From the NCBI GenBank assembly GCA_964016885.1, contig OZ024740.1, forward strand, positions 97,960,001 through 98,024,000: a stretch of 64,000 nt of DNA. Reading direction: 5' to 3'. The position numbers were made by a program, and so were the translations under genes. The DNA is from Eledone cirrhosa (lineage: Eukaryota). The notes under the pieces are model-generated. The model had not been told where the DNA came from. It did no database searches and saw only the letters and a list, made by a program, of their open reading frames with translations. Below, one piece after another: positions 27,266 through 40,118 of the stretch. The stretch's first letter is position 1. Every line of letters begins with the position of its first letter.

Positions 27266-27736
27266 TTTCGTTTCTGAATTTGTTTAGCAAGATTCTTTAT
27301 CTGAAAACGTGTGTTGAAACCGATATTGTTATACTTTGGGAGGGTCATGTTGCCAATAAGAAACACACGCACCAGTTGCCTTCACTTCATTTATTATAAT
27401 AAATTTATAAATATACTAATTTATAAATTTCCGGTTGGTTGGTTGGTTCCACAACCAGATAGTTGTTTATATATTGTCAAAGTTCTTTCGTCACACATTC
27501 TGTGACCTCTTCAGTGACTGGGGATTCTTTTCTTTGTTCTCTCCTACGCCATCTTGTTTCTGTGTGTGCATACAGAAACAAGATGGCGTAGGACAACCAT
27601 CTGGTTGTGGAACCAACCAACCAACCGGTAATTATAAATTCGTATATTTATAAATTTATTATAATAAATTGAAGTGAAAGTAACTGGTGCGTGTGTTTCT
27701 TATTGGCAACATGACCCTCCCAAAGTATAACAATAT
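27266..27736. mobile_element. Penelope P1 pLTR element with inverted arms and internal snap-back hairpin
   Basis: Arms at 27323-27460 and 27599-27736; perfect 22-bp hairpin at 27542-27593; homologous to 20341-20525. Confidence 0.85.
27476..27518 (-). ncRNA. Minimal type I hammerhead ribozyme (P1 pLTR)
   Basis: Minus strand: GUCA-CUGAAGA-G-GUCAC(agaaugu)GUGAC-GAAA-gaac-UU-UGAC. Stem III is short, which suggests a dimeric type. Confidence 0.65.
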
Positions 27737-27751
27737 ATATAGATATGTATT

Positions 27752-27783
<32 letters not shown>

Positions 27784-27939
27784 TATGCATACATACATGT
27801 ATATGCATACATACATATGCACATATACACACGTATACATACATACATACATACATACATATACATACATGCATATATGTATATATATACATATATATAT
27901 ATACATACATATAAATACATACATACATATATATACATG

Positions 27940-27997
<58 letters not shown>

Positions 27998-28124
27998 AAT
28001 ATATACATACATCTATACACATACATCTATATACATACATATATACATACATATATATATATATATATGCATACATATATATATGCATACACACATATAT
28101 ACATACATATATATATATATGCAT

Positions 28125-28158
<34 letters not shown>

Positions 28159-28178
28159 GTATAGTTTTAATATAGATG

Positions 28179-28229
28179 AGATTCTACAGGACTAGAACTG
28201 TTTCATTCTTTAGAAATCATCAGGAATCT
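28179..28229 (-). ncRNA. Type I hammerhead ribozyme (P2 left arm)
   Basis: Minus strand: AGAUUC-CUGAUGA-uUUC(uaaa)GAAu-GAAA-CAG(uucuaguc)CUG-UA-GAAUCU. Stem I is a perfect 6 bp and the cleavage triplet is GUA. Confidence 0.85.
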
Positions 28230-28799
28230 GGGTATCAAAAAATAAATATGGTATTTATAGGTCTCTACAAGTGGTAGGAGAGGGTGGGGAGTGGGATGGC
28301 TGTAGGTCATTGGTTGATAGAAAAGGGAATTCATTAAAAGCTAATTCTACAAAGCTATAGTTTATTTTTGTTTTTAGAGTAACAAAGGCAGACAGAATTC
28401 TATAAACAGGTTCCGGATGGCATACCATTCCTTGTCATTAAGTTTCTCTTAAGCTAACAGATGTCTATAAGATCAGTGGGGGGGTCAGTCATGGTAGATA
28501 GAATTAAAGGAAAGGGAGATTCTCTAAAAGCTAAATCCATTAAGGTTCTACTAAGTGACATATGTTTAGAGAATTCTGTAGACAGATTCAAAATACTGAG
28601 TGCATATCTAACAATTATCTTCGAACTTCTCTTAAACTAATCAACTATATGCCAAAAATCAACAGACACATTCACAAAAAAACACACTCACTCACACACT
28701 CGCGCGCAACCATAAACACACATACACATACACATATACACACATAAAAAACCCCACACACATATATAAATATATTTATATACACATATATATACACAC

Positions 28800-28848
<49 letters not shown>

Positions 28849-29023
28849 CATATATACAGACACACATACATATATATACACACACACACACACACACATA
28901 TATAGACATATATATACACTCACACACATACATACATACACACAGATATACATGTGTATACATATACATATATATACACATACATATACATATATACACA
29001 TATATATATACACACATATACAC

Positions 29024-29060
<37 letters not shown>

Positions 29061-29090
29061 CAATATATATATATATATCCATATACACAC

Positions 29091-29123
<33 letters not shown>

Positions 29124-29203
29124 CATATATATATAAAAAATACACACATATATATACACACCCACATATATATATATATATACATATACACACACACACA
29201 CAA

Positions 29204-29256
<53 letters not shown>

Positions 29257-29482
29257 CATACATACACACAAATATATATATATATATACATACACACACA
29301 TACATACATATACACAAATACATACACATATATACACACATATATATATATACATATACACATATATATACACATACACACACACACAATATATATACAC
29401 ATATATACATATACACACACACACACACATACATACACACATACACATATACATACATATACAAATATATATTCATACATAC

Positions 29483-29525
<43 letters not shown>

Positions 29526-30034
29526 CACACATATACACATACATACATATACACACACATATATACACACACACACATATACACATATATACACACACAC
29601 ATACACATGCATATATATAAATATATATATACATATCTCTCCATATATATACATACATACACATACATACACAGACATATACATAAATATACACATATAT
29701 ACCAACATATATACGCATATATACACACATATATATACATATAAATACACGCATACACACATACACACACACACACACATATATATATACACACACTCTC
29801 TCTCACGCACATATATATCTATATATATATATATATATACACACATATATACATATACATATACAAATATATATACACACCTGCACACACACACATATAT
29901 ATATACACACACACACACACATACACACATACAAATATATACATATATTTAAATATATATATAGATATATGTATATATATACATACATATACATATATAC
30001 AAACATACACATACACATACATACACATATATAT

Positions 30035-30097
<63 letters not shown>

Positions 30098-30398
30098 TAT
30101 ACATATATACATACACATACATACATAAATATACACACATATAACACAAATACACACATACATATATACATATATATACACATACATATACACACATACA
30201 CACAAATATATACACGTACAAATAAATAAGTACTCAATAAATATACGCATATACGCAGGCACATAAAAACACCTCTACAGGCAGAAAATGTAGATAGGAA
30301 AGAGGTACTCACATAACCATAGTGGCCGTATTACATGTTGAGGAGGGGTGGGGGTACGGTGGGATGGAGGTATAGGGGCCAATAGGGGGAGGTCGTTT

Positions 30399-32266
30399 TT
30401 AGCCATCGGGCTTTAACACTGGCTTAAAGTGTTTGAAAGTTGCAAAGTTCTTGTGCATGCAGTTCGGGCAGTGTTCAGAGAGTTTATTCAGTAGCGGGCC
30501 CTTGGCGAATAACATTTCGTAGCTCTCTGAAATACAAAGGTCGCAGCCCTTGTGTCCTCCGTTGTAAGAGCGCGCTTTCTGGAGTATTTTCCATTTAAGC
30601 TTGAAGGGGGTGGAGTTCTTTTGAGGTCCCAAACGTAGGAGGCGAGTGTTGTCTGATTTGATTTGTCTGGTCTCCTGAAGGAGTGGGTATGGGCATATCA
30701 ACGGGTCTTAAAGTTGTTGGAGGTCATGCCGATGTAAGTTTTTTTGCAATCCTCGGTGCCTGAGATGACATCGCATTTGTATACGATATCATTTGTGAGG
30801 CATTTGTTTTCAAGTGGGCATGCTTCCTTATTTAGGCAATTACATAGAGCCCCAGTCCGGGGATTGGGTTCGGAGGTGGTTGGCTTATTTAATTTTTTAG
30901 AATTGTGGTTGGCTATATTCCTAGCTAGGTTAGGTGTGGTGGAGTAAGACAGTCTTATTGTGTTCTTATTAAAGATGGTGTGGTACCTATGTTGTATGGG
31001 GAAGTGTAATTTCAGCAAAGTGAAGAAAATCCTAGCTATCGGAGTAGATACCTCTCTATTGAAGGGAGGGTTGTACCAGCTAATCTGCCTATGTCTATTC
31101 CTCCTCTGCCATCTTGCGGTGGTTTCTAGGTAAGTTATCTTATCTTTAAATCCGCTACGGGCGAGGGCGTCATTGTAGTAGGAGGCAGATGCATTAAAAA
31201 TATCTATGTTGGCGGAGAGGCCAGATATTCTAATAGAGACGCTTTTTACTAGGTTATCAGTGATGTTTTGGGGGTGGTTTGAATTAACATTAATATATTT
31301 AAGGGACTCGTTAGGTTTGTGGTACGGGTAATAGAGGGAAGTATCTAGGTCGAGAGTGACATCTAAGAAGTTGGCCCTAGTCAAATTAGATTCTATAGTT
31401 ATACTAAATCCTAGATTAGAGAAGAAAGAGCTTAAGTTTTTCCGAAACTCATCGGTGGTTCTGGTGTTAACCTTATGCAGGGCGAAGAGGCCGTCGTCTC
31501 GGTATAAACCTCCCGTTAGGCCGGTAAAGAGGTTCTTCAGGTGATGTAGGATGTACAGGCCCACAAGGTCGCTAATTTCAGCCGAGTCACTCGCCCCCAT
31601 GCTAACGTCAAATGGGGTCTGAGATTTCTTGTTGATCCAGTAAGATCCATCGTGGTATAGAAAGGTCTTACGAGCGTGGAGGATAACAACTTGCTCAGCA
31701 TCGGTAATGGTGGTAAAATTCCTGGCAAAGTTAATTGCGTCCTTCAGGAGGGGCTCCGAGATAGAGGCATAGTAGTTTTCTATGTCGAGTTGCAGGAAGC
31801 GAGTGTGGTGTTTGTCGGGTAATTTTTGGAACCATGATATTGCCTCAGATGTTCTGCTCCAGAGTGGAAGTGGTGAGGCTGCACGCAATGATGGTAGAAC
31901 TCTATCCAGGATCTTCTTACTGATAGAGCCGATGTCAGAACGAGTGGGGTTGATAAGTCTGACTGATGGTTTGTTGAGGAAGTTTCCCTTATGGTCCTTC
32001 AGGGTAAAGTGCGGGGTCTTTACCCTTAAAGGTTCGGTTCGGTCGTGTAATTTAAGGGACTTGGCGATTTCTTTTCCGGCCGCGTTTGTCTCAGTCAGTG
32101 CCCTTTCTATTACCTTTTTGTAGGTGGTCGTGATGGTATTTTTTGCCAGCTTATTGTAGGTCTGTGGGTCTACCTCATAAACGTTTTTGGTTTTATCGGA
32201 GGAGACATAAAGATTTGGGGATTTTTTTATATTCCGTAATTCGGCATTTAAGTAGGTACAACCCAT
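30399..32266 (-). pseudogene. Penelope RT + GIY-YIG ORF, 5'-truncated, with a premature stop and a frameshift in the endonuclease
   Basis: Motifs SSDKTKNVY, RLINP, LDIENYYASI, VSMGASDSAEISDLVG, GLYRDDGL, ANFLDVTL, CNCLNKEACPLENKC, IVYKC...YIGMT and CDLCISE...LLNK...CMH. Confidence 0.92.
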
Positions 32267-32269
32267 TTA

Positions 32270-32952
32270 AGCTGGTACAACCCTCCCTTCAATAGAGAGG
32301 TATCTACTCCGATAGCTAGGATTTTCTTCACTTTGCTGAAATTACACTTCCCCATACAACATAGGTACCACACCATCTTTAATAAGAACACAATAAGACT
32401 GTCTTACTCCACCACACCTAACCTAGCTAGGAATATAGCCAACCACAATTCTAAAAAATTAAATAAGCCAACCACCTCCGAACCCAATCCCCGGACTGGG
32501 GCTCTATGTAATTGCCTAAATAAGGAAGCATGCCCACTTGAAAACAAATGCCTCACAAATGATATCGTATACAAATGCGATGTCATCTCAGGCACCGAGG
32601 ATTGCAAAAAAACTTACATCGGCATGACCTCCAACAACTTTAAGACCCGTTGGTATGCCCATACCCACTCCTTCAGGAGACCAGACAAATCAAATCAGAC
32701 AACACTCACCTCCTACGTTTGGGACCTCAAAAGGAACTCCACCCTCTTCACGCTTAAATGGAAAATACTCCAGAAGCGCGCTCTTATAACGGAGGACACA
32801 AGGGCTGCGACATTTGTATTTCAGAGAGCTACGAAATGTTATTCGCCAAGGGCCCGCTACTGAACAAACTCTCTGAACACTGCCCGAACTGCATGCACAA
32901 GAACTTTGCAACTTTCAAACACTTTAAGCCAGTGTTAAAGCCCGATGGCTAA
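32270..32952 (+). pseudogene. Inverted second copy of the P2 ORF 3' end (linker + GIY-YIG)
   Basis: ORFs 32333-32863 and 32758-32952 repeat the C-terminus of 30399-31081, with one frameshift near 32775. Confidence 0.92.
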
Positions 32953-33247
32953 AAACGACCTCGCCCTATTGGACCCTATACCTCCATCCCACCCTACCCC
33001 CACCCCTCCTCAACCTGTAATACGGCCACTATGGTTATGTGAGTACCTCTTTCCTATCTCCATTTTCTGCCTGTAGAGGTGTTTTTATGTGCCTGCGTAT
33101 ATGCGTGTATTTATTGAGTACTTATTTATTTGTATGTGTATATATTTGTGTGTATGTGTGTATATGTATGTGTATGTATATGTATATATGTATGTGTGTA
33201 TTTGTATTTTATGTGTGTATATTTATGTATGTATGTGTATGTATATA

Positions 33248-33328
<81 letters not shown>

Positions 33329-33381
33329 ATATATATGTGTATGTATGAGCATGTGTATGTTTGTATATATGTATATGTATG

Positions 33382-33420
<39 letters not shown>

Positions 33421-33449
33421 TTGTATGTGTGTATGTGTGTGTGTGTGTG

Positions 33450-33482
<33 letters not shown>

Positions 33483-33667
33483 ATGTGTGTATGCGTGTAT
33501 TTATATGTATATATATGTGTGTATATATGCGTATATATGTTGGTATATATGTGTATATTTATGTATATGTCTGTGTATGTATGTATATGTATGTATGTGT
33601 GTATGTGTGTATGTATGTGTGTGTGTGTGTGTGTATATGTATATATGTGTATATATATGTGTGTATG

Positions 33668-33727
<60 letters not shown>

Positions 33728-33780
33728 TATATACATGTATATATATGAATATATGTATGAATGGTGTATCTCTCTCTCTC

Positions 33781-33834
<54 letters not shown>

Positions 33835-33860
33835 GTGCTTTTTCCTTATATATGTGTATA

Positions 33861-33891
<31 letters not shown>

Positions 33892-33947
33892 GTATGTATG
33901 TGTGTATGTGTGTGTATGTATATGTATATATTTGTTTATGTATATAG

Positions 33948-33997
<50 letters not shown>

Positions 33998-34083
33998 TTG
34001 TGTGTATGTGTGTGTATATGTATATATATATACATATATATGTGTGTGTGTATATATATGTGTGTATTTTTTATATATATATG

Positions 34084-34128
<45 letters not shown>

Positions 34129-34146
34129 ATTTTTTATATATATATG

Positions 34147-34195
<49 letters not shown>

Positions 34196-34356
34196 GTGTA
34201 TATGTGTGTATATATATATGTGTATATATGTATATGTATGTGTATATATATGTATACACATGTATATCTGTGTGTATGTATGTATGTGTGTGAGTGTATA
34301 TATATGTGTATATATGTGTGTGTGTGTGTGTGTATATATATGTATGTGTGTGTGTA

Positions 34357-34417
<61 letters not shown>

Positions 34418-34986
34418 GTGTGTATATATATGTGTATATAAATATATTTATATATGTGTGTGGGTTTTTTATGTGTGTATATGTGTATGTGTGTTTATGG
34501 TAGCGCGCGAGTGTGTGAGTGAGTGGGTTTTTTTGTGAATGTGTCTGTTGATTTTTGGCATATAGTTGATTAGTTTAAGAGAAGTTTGAAGATAATTGTA
34601 AGATATGCACTCAGTATTTTGAATCTGTCTACAGAATTCTCTAAACCTTTGTCACTTAGTAGAACCTTAATGAATTTAGCTTTTAGAGAATCTCCCTTTC
34701 CTTTAATTCTATCTACCATGACTGACCCCCCACTGATCTTATAGACATCTGTTAGCTTAAGAGAAACTTAATGACAAGGAATGGTATGCCATCCGGAACC
34801 TGTTTATAGAATTCTGTCTGCCTTTGTTACTCTAAAAACAAAAATTAAAAATAAACTATAGCTTTGTAGAATTAGCTTTTAATGAATTCCCTTTTCTATC
34901 AACCAATGACCTACACCCATCCCACTCCCCACCCTCTCCTACCACTTGTAGAGACCTATAAATACCATATTTATTTTTTGATACCC

Positions 34987-35037
34987 AGAATCCTGATGAT
35001 TTCTAAAGAATGAAACAGTTTTAGTCCTGTAGAATCT
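34987..35037 (+). ncRNA. Type I hammerhead ribozyme (P2 right arm)
   Basis: agaatc-ctgatga-tttctaaagaat-gaaa-cag(ttttagtc)ctg-ta-gaatct, with one stem I mismatch. Confidence 0.8.
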
Positions 35038-35127
35038 CATCTATATTAAAACTTTTATACTCTGCAATGTATTGAGTACCTTACTTACTGGGGTTACCTC
35101 CGATTCAACCCGGAATAAGGTATATAT

Positions 35128-35177
<50 letters not shown>

Positions 35178-35181
35178 GATG

Positions 35182-35225
<44 letters not shown>

Positions 35226-35273
35226 CATCTATATACATACATCTATATACATACATATATATATACATATATA

Positions 35274-38200
35274 TGATGGCTGCCCCCTCGTTATCGAGTA
35301 TGGCCATTGCATGAGAAGAAAAAAAAAAAAATAATAATAATAAAAATATAAAAAAAAATAAATAAATAAATAAATAAAAAAAGAAATATATATATATATA
35401 TATATATACATACACATATACACACACACATACACACACACTCACACACACATACACACACACACACACACACATTAATAACAATAATAATAATAATAAT
35501 AATAACAACAATAATAATAACGACAACAACAATAATAATATACATATACATATATATATACACACACACGCACACACATAAGCATATCTACACACACACA
35601 CACACACACGATAGCAACTAACAGCGCTGCGATCGAATGTGGCTTTTTAGCCCAGCCAATGATCTAAAATGTCTTGCACAGAGTCGGCAACCAAAACATT
35701 CACTGGGAATAGTCGGCTGTGGTTAGAGTTCGTGTAATTTTGCATGTCGCTTGAGCCCTCCTGCTGATTTACATTCTCTACCACATGTTTGGCAAGCATG
35801 ATGAGTAGCATCTCCAACAGCAGCCTGGTAGTCAACCACTGGTCTTACTTTATGACTGCGAAGATGACTTTCGAGTCCAGCTTTGTTTAGGCAGAGTCTC
35901 GCACATACGCTGCATGTCAGCACCATAGGAGGACCCTCGCCGTCTGGAAGTGCAACAGCAATGCCCTTCCTCACATCCCGCTTTACTTTCTCGTATGCGA
36001 TTCGAGATGCCTCAAAGGCAACTTTTCCCTCATATACAGTCTTTCTCCATTTATTACGATCAGCAGCAATATTCTCCCATGTATCAGCAGAGATGTTAGC
36101 GTCTTTCAGAGAGGCTTTCAAGGAATCCTTATACCTCTTTTTTGGTTTATGTGGCGGTCGTTTTCCTTTAACCAACTCTCCATAAAAGAGTTGTTTTGGT
36201 ATTCTAGAATCCTTCATCCTGGCAAGGTGACCACTCCAACGGAATGGCTGCTTAAGCACAAGAGCTTCTATACTGTCACACATAGAGCTTTCCAAAATCT
36301 TGACATCACTGATGTGGTCCCTCCAGTGAAGGCCATGGATCCGTCTGAGACACATCTGATGGAAACGCTCCAATTGCCTAAGGTGGTGTCGATATGTGAC
36401 CCAGGTCTCGCAGGCATAAAGAAGACAAGAGAGCACACATGCCCTGTCCACCTTTACCTTTGACCTCCTGCATATGTCTCGCCGACCCCAGAGTCGCCTT
36501 TCTAGCTTTCCGAAAGTATCACTTGCTTTCCCAATCCTAAGTGAGATTTCACTGTCAAGGTTGCTGTATCGATTGACAGTGCTTCCCAGGTATTCAAACT
36601 GATCAACCACTCCAAGTCGTTTTCCATACACATAGATGTTTGGTTCAGTGTACTGCTTACCAGGGGCAGGTTGGTACATGACGACGGTTTTCTTGAGACT
36701 GACAGTCAGACCTAGGGCAGTGCAAGCGTCAGAAAATGCATTTAAAATGTGCTGCATATCACTCTCTGTGTGCGATACAAGATCGCAATCATCTGCATAC
36801 AAGAAGTCTCTTATGATTGATGTAAATACTTTTGTCTTCGCAGCAAAGCGCCTGATGTTAAATATGCTGCCTGAGGTTCGATATCGGATGTAAACACCAT
36901 GCTCGCAATTCCTGAATGCAATACAGAAAACCATTGCAAAGTATATGGCAAACAGTGTCGGTGCTGGAATATCCCCTGTTTCACTCCATTTATTACTGAG
37001 ATAGGCTCCGACATGTTACCCCCGACATTAACCCAAGCCTTCATGTCGTCATGGAAAGACCTAACTAAAGCAAGGAACTTATCAGGGCAACCAAGATTCT
37101 GGAGAACCTTCCATAATGCATCTCTGTTAACAGTATCGAAAGCTTTTGTCAGATCGACAAAAACCTGATACAGATCCAAGCCTTGTTCCATGCACTTCTC
37201 CTGGAGCTGTCTAGCTGAGAAGATCATATCAGTAGTGCCACGTCCAGCACGAAAACCAGATTGACTCTCAGGAAGAACACAATCTGCTATGTGTGTCAGC
37301 AGACGGTCCAGAAGCACCCTACATAACACTTTCCCTACGACAGAAAGCAATGATATACCTCTGTAGTTCCCACAATCGTTCCTGTTACCCTTTCCCTTGT
37401 ACAAGACCACCATTACTGCATCTCTGCAGTCCTCAGGTACGGATTCATTAGCCCATATCCTGCCAAACAAAGAGTGAAGATGTTGCAGGAGTCTCTCACC
37501 ACCATATTGTAGGAGCTCAGCATGTATGCCATCCATACCTGGAGATCTTCCACTGTTCAGCTTCGAAATAGCCACTGCAACCTCCACAAGCGTCGGAGGT
37601 TCTGCGAGAGCTACTTTCACGGGACTTTCTGGAATGAGATTGAGGAAATCTTCACTGACGACAGACGGCTGATTCAAAAGATCATCAAAGTGCTCTCGCC
37701 ACCTTCGTAGAATTCCTTGTGAGTCACGAAGAAGTTCATTGCCATCCCTGCTGCGAAGCGGTGTCACCAGAGAAGAAGACGGTCCATAAACCTCACGCAA
37801 GAGACTGTACAACAGCTTTGTGTTATTGGAATCAGACGCAGTTTGTATCTCACCAGCCTTCTCACTCCACCACTGATCCTTCATCTGAGAAAGACTCCGC
37901 CTAACACGTGATTTTACATCCCTGAGTTCCTCATGCAACGTATTCCTCTCCTGTGGTTTTGCCGTCAAGTAGCGTGACAGAGCACGCCTCTTATCAGCCA
38001 ACAAGTCTTCTATATGTACATCATTCTCATCAAACCAGTCCTGATGTTTCCTCTGCGCCAATCCCAGAACACGCCTGCCTACATCATAAACCGACTTTTT
38101 AAGGGTCGGCCAATCCTCACCAAGATCTGCAGCCTGCATCTCTTCTTCCAATGTCCTCTTCACAATTTTATCCTTAAGACGAGCAGCATTCAATCTTTTG

Positions 38201-39206
38201 GGCAGGGCAACACCAGGAGCCCGGATTTTACGTTTAGTGATTAGTTTCACTTTTGCGCGTACCAGGCGGTGGTCCGTCCAGCACTCAGCTCCACGAAGAA
38301 CACGAACACACTGCACATCCTGTCTGTCACGCATCCTGACTAGGACGTAGTCCAAAAGATGCCATTCCTTAGATGCATGATGCATCCATGTGGTCTTGAA
38401 TTTGTTCTTTTGTTGGAACATGGTGTTGGTAACACACAGATCCAGCTCCTCACACATCTCAGCAGGAGCATACCATTGCTGTTACACTTTCCCACCCCAT
38501 GCCTTCCGATTACATTCCATGTGTTAAAATCCCTACCCACTCTAGCATTAAAGTCACCAAGCACGATGACTTTGTCTGCCTGAGGGATATTTCTTAAAAC
38601 ACCTTTCAAGGCATGGTAAAAGGACACTTTTTCCCCATCGACAGAACTCATAGTTGTAGCATACACACTCACCAATGTAGCATATCTTCCCTTGGCCAGC
38701 AGAACTCTCATGGACATAAGACGCTCACTAATCTCTACTGGGAATTCTTCTAATTTGTTCACAAGCACAGTCTTAACAGCAAATCCTACCCCAGCCACTC
38801 TTCTGGTTCCTTCATTTCTTTCTTTCCAGAAGAATGTATATTCTCCACAAAATTCCGTAAGATGACCATCTCCAGCTAGCCTCGTCTCAGATAAAGCCAC
38901 GATGTCAAGATCGCAACGTCGAAGCTCCTTTGCAACAAGAGTGGTCCTTCGTTCAGGACGCCCCAAGGAATCCCTGTCAAGCAGCGTCCGTACGTTCCAG
39001 CAGCCAAGACTAAATGCCTTGTTTGGCTCTATTACAATGGCACGATGACGAGCGGGCCCAGTCTGTGATAACCTGGGGCCCCTGCCCTTATTGCCAATGA
39101 TCTTTTTTGTTCCAGAACCTAAATTGCCAATTATCTCTTTGATATTGTTCTGGAACATCATTGAATTGGAAAAAGAAAAAAAAAAAAAAGAAAAAAAGTA
39201 ATAATA

Positions 39207-39237
<31 letters not shown>

Positions 39238-39544
39238 TAGTACACTATCAACAATTATTAATGCACTTGTGCAATGCCTGTGCGTGACGAATATTTTTAA
39301 AGTGAGGAAAGACTGTGCACTGAGCCAATCCCACTCTCTGAGCGACAGTAGCTATAACCCGAAAAGAAGAAAAGATCAATATCATCGGTAACTACTGAGC
39401 CGCAGGTTTTATGTCGGAGTTAACCCAGTTACCTGAGATGCGTTCTCCTAGAAGAATGCCCTGACAAGGGCTAGGGGTTCTTCACTCCCAGTGGTTTAAC
39501 TGCGCGATCGGGCATCCAGCCCGATTATTTCTATGTCCCCGCGC
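35274..39544 (-). mobile_element. BovB-like RTE LINE locus including 5' and 3' terminal modules
   Basis: APE-RT ORF at 35723-39160. Terminal modules are shared with 5652-6006, and the end is an (ATC)-type tail at 35274. Confidence 0.85.
35723..39160 (-). pseudogene. RTE polyprotein (APE endonuclease + RT + two C2H2 zinc fingers), two frameshifts
   Basis: Motifs GCWNVRTLLD, LSETRL, LGDFNARVG, TDHRLV, NYRGISLLS, QSGFR, FVDLTKAFD, FLYADD, CSVC...LESHLRSH and CQTC...LKRHAKLH. Confidence 0.93.
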
Positions 39545-39669
39545 AAAAAAAAAAAAAAAATCACTTATTGACACTTATACGTACGACATACACACACGCG
39601 CATACATATGCGCGCATACAGCAACACTCATACATACAAACAAACACACACACGCTACTCTACTCACTT

Positions 39670-39773
<104 letters not shown>

Positions 39774-39834
39774 CCGTCATTACTGATACAAGATTACAAG
39801 ATTATGTCAACTGTTGACTTTCAAGAGTTTGTAT

Positions 39835-39955
39835 AGTTGAAGCCGATCGTACTACAGTCCAGTATTATTATAATTGCTTTACAGCATAGAGTCACGGCCC
39901 TCCACGCTTTGAGCTCAAATCCCGCCGAAGTCAACCTTGCCTTTCATCCTTTCAT
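39835..39955 (+). mobile_element. Partial tRNA-derived SINE
   Basis: gagctcaaatcccgccgaagtcaaccttgcctttcatcctttc core. Confidence 0.6.
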
Positions 39956-40118
39956 CTATATACATACATATATACATACATATATATATACATACATCTA
40001 TATACCTACATATATATACAAATATGTATATATATATGTATATATATGTATATATATATATGTATATATATGTTTGTATATAGATGTATGTATATATATG
40101 TATGTGTATATATATATA

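Larger units (their letters stand above)
28163..35120. mobile_element. Penelope-like element (family P2, Nematis-like) as a head-to-head inverted insertion
   Basis: Long inverted repeat 28163-31081 / 32270-35052 surrounding RT sequence. RT + GIY-YIG ORF, a hammerhead in each arm, flanked by (TA)n. Confidence 0.93.

Noticed and set aside
30698-30700. In-frame TGA as a selenocysteine codon, as in Naiad PLEs
   Set aside because: The other arm has TGG (Trp) at this site, so it is an ordinary nonsense mutation. The element also has a C-terminal, not N-terminal, endonuclease.
26463-34538. Dozens of long Y/I/C/V/M/H/T-rich ORFs (also at 1810, 16402, 22973, 42504-43185, 49875-50517 and 53938-55094)
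   Set aside because: They are translations of (TA)n/(TG)n microsatellites, which lack stop codons; they are not genes.
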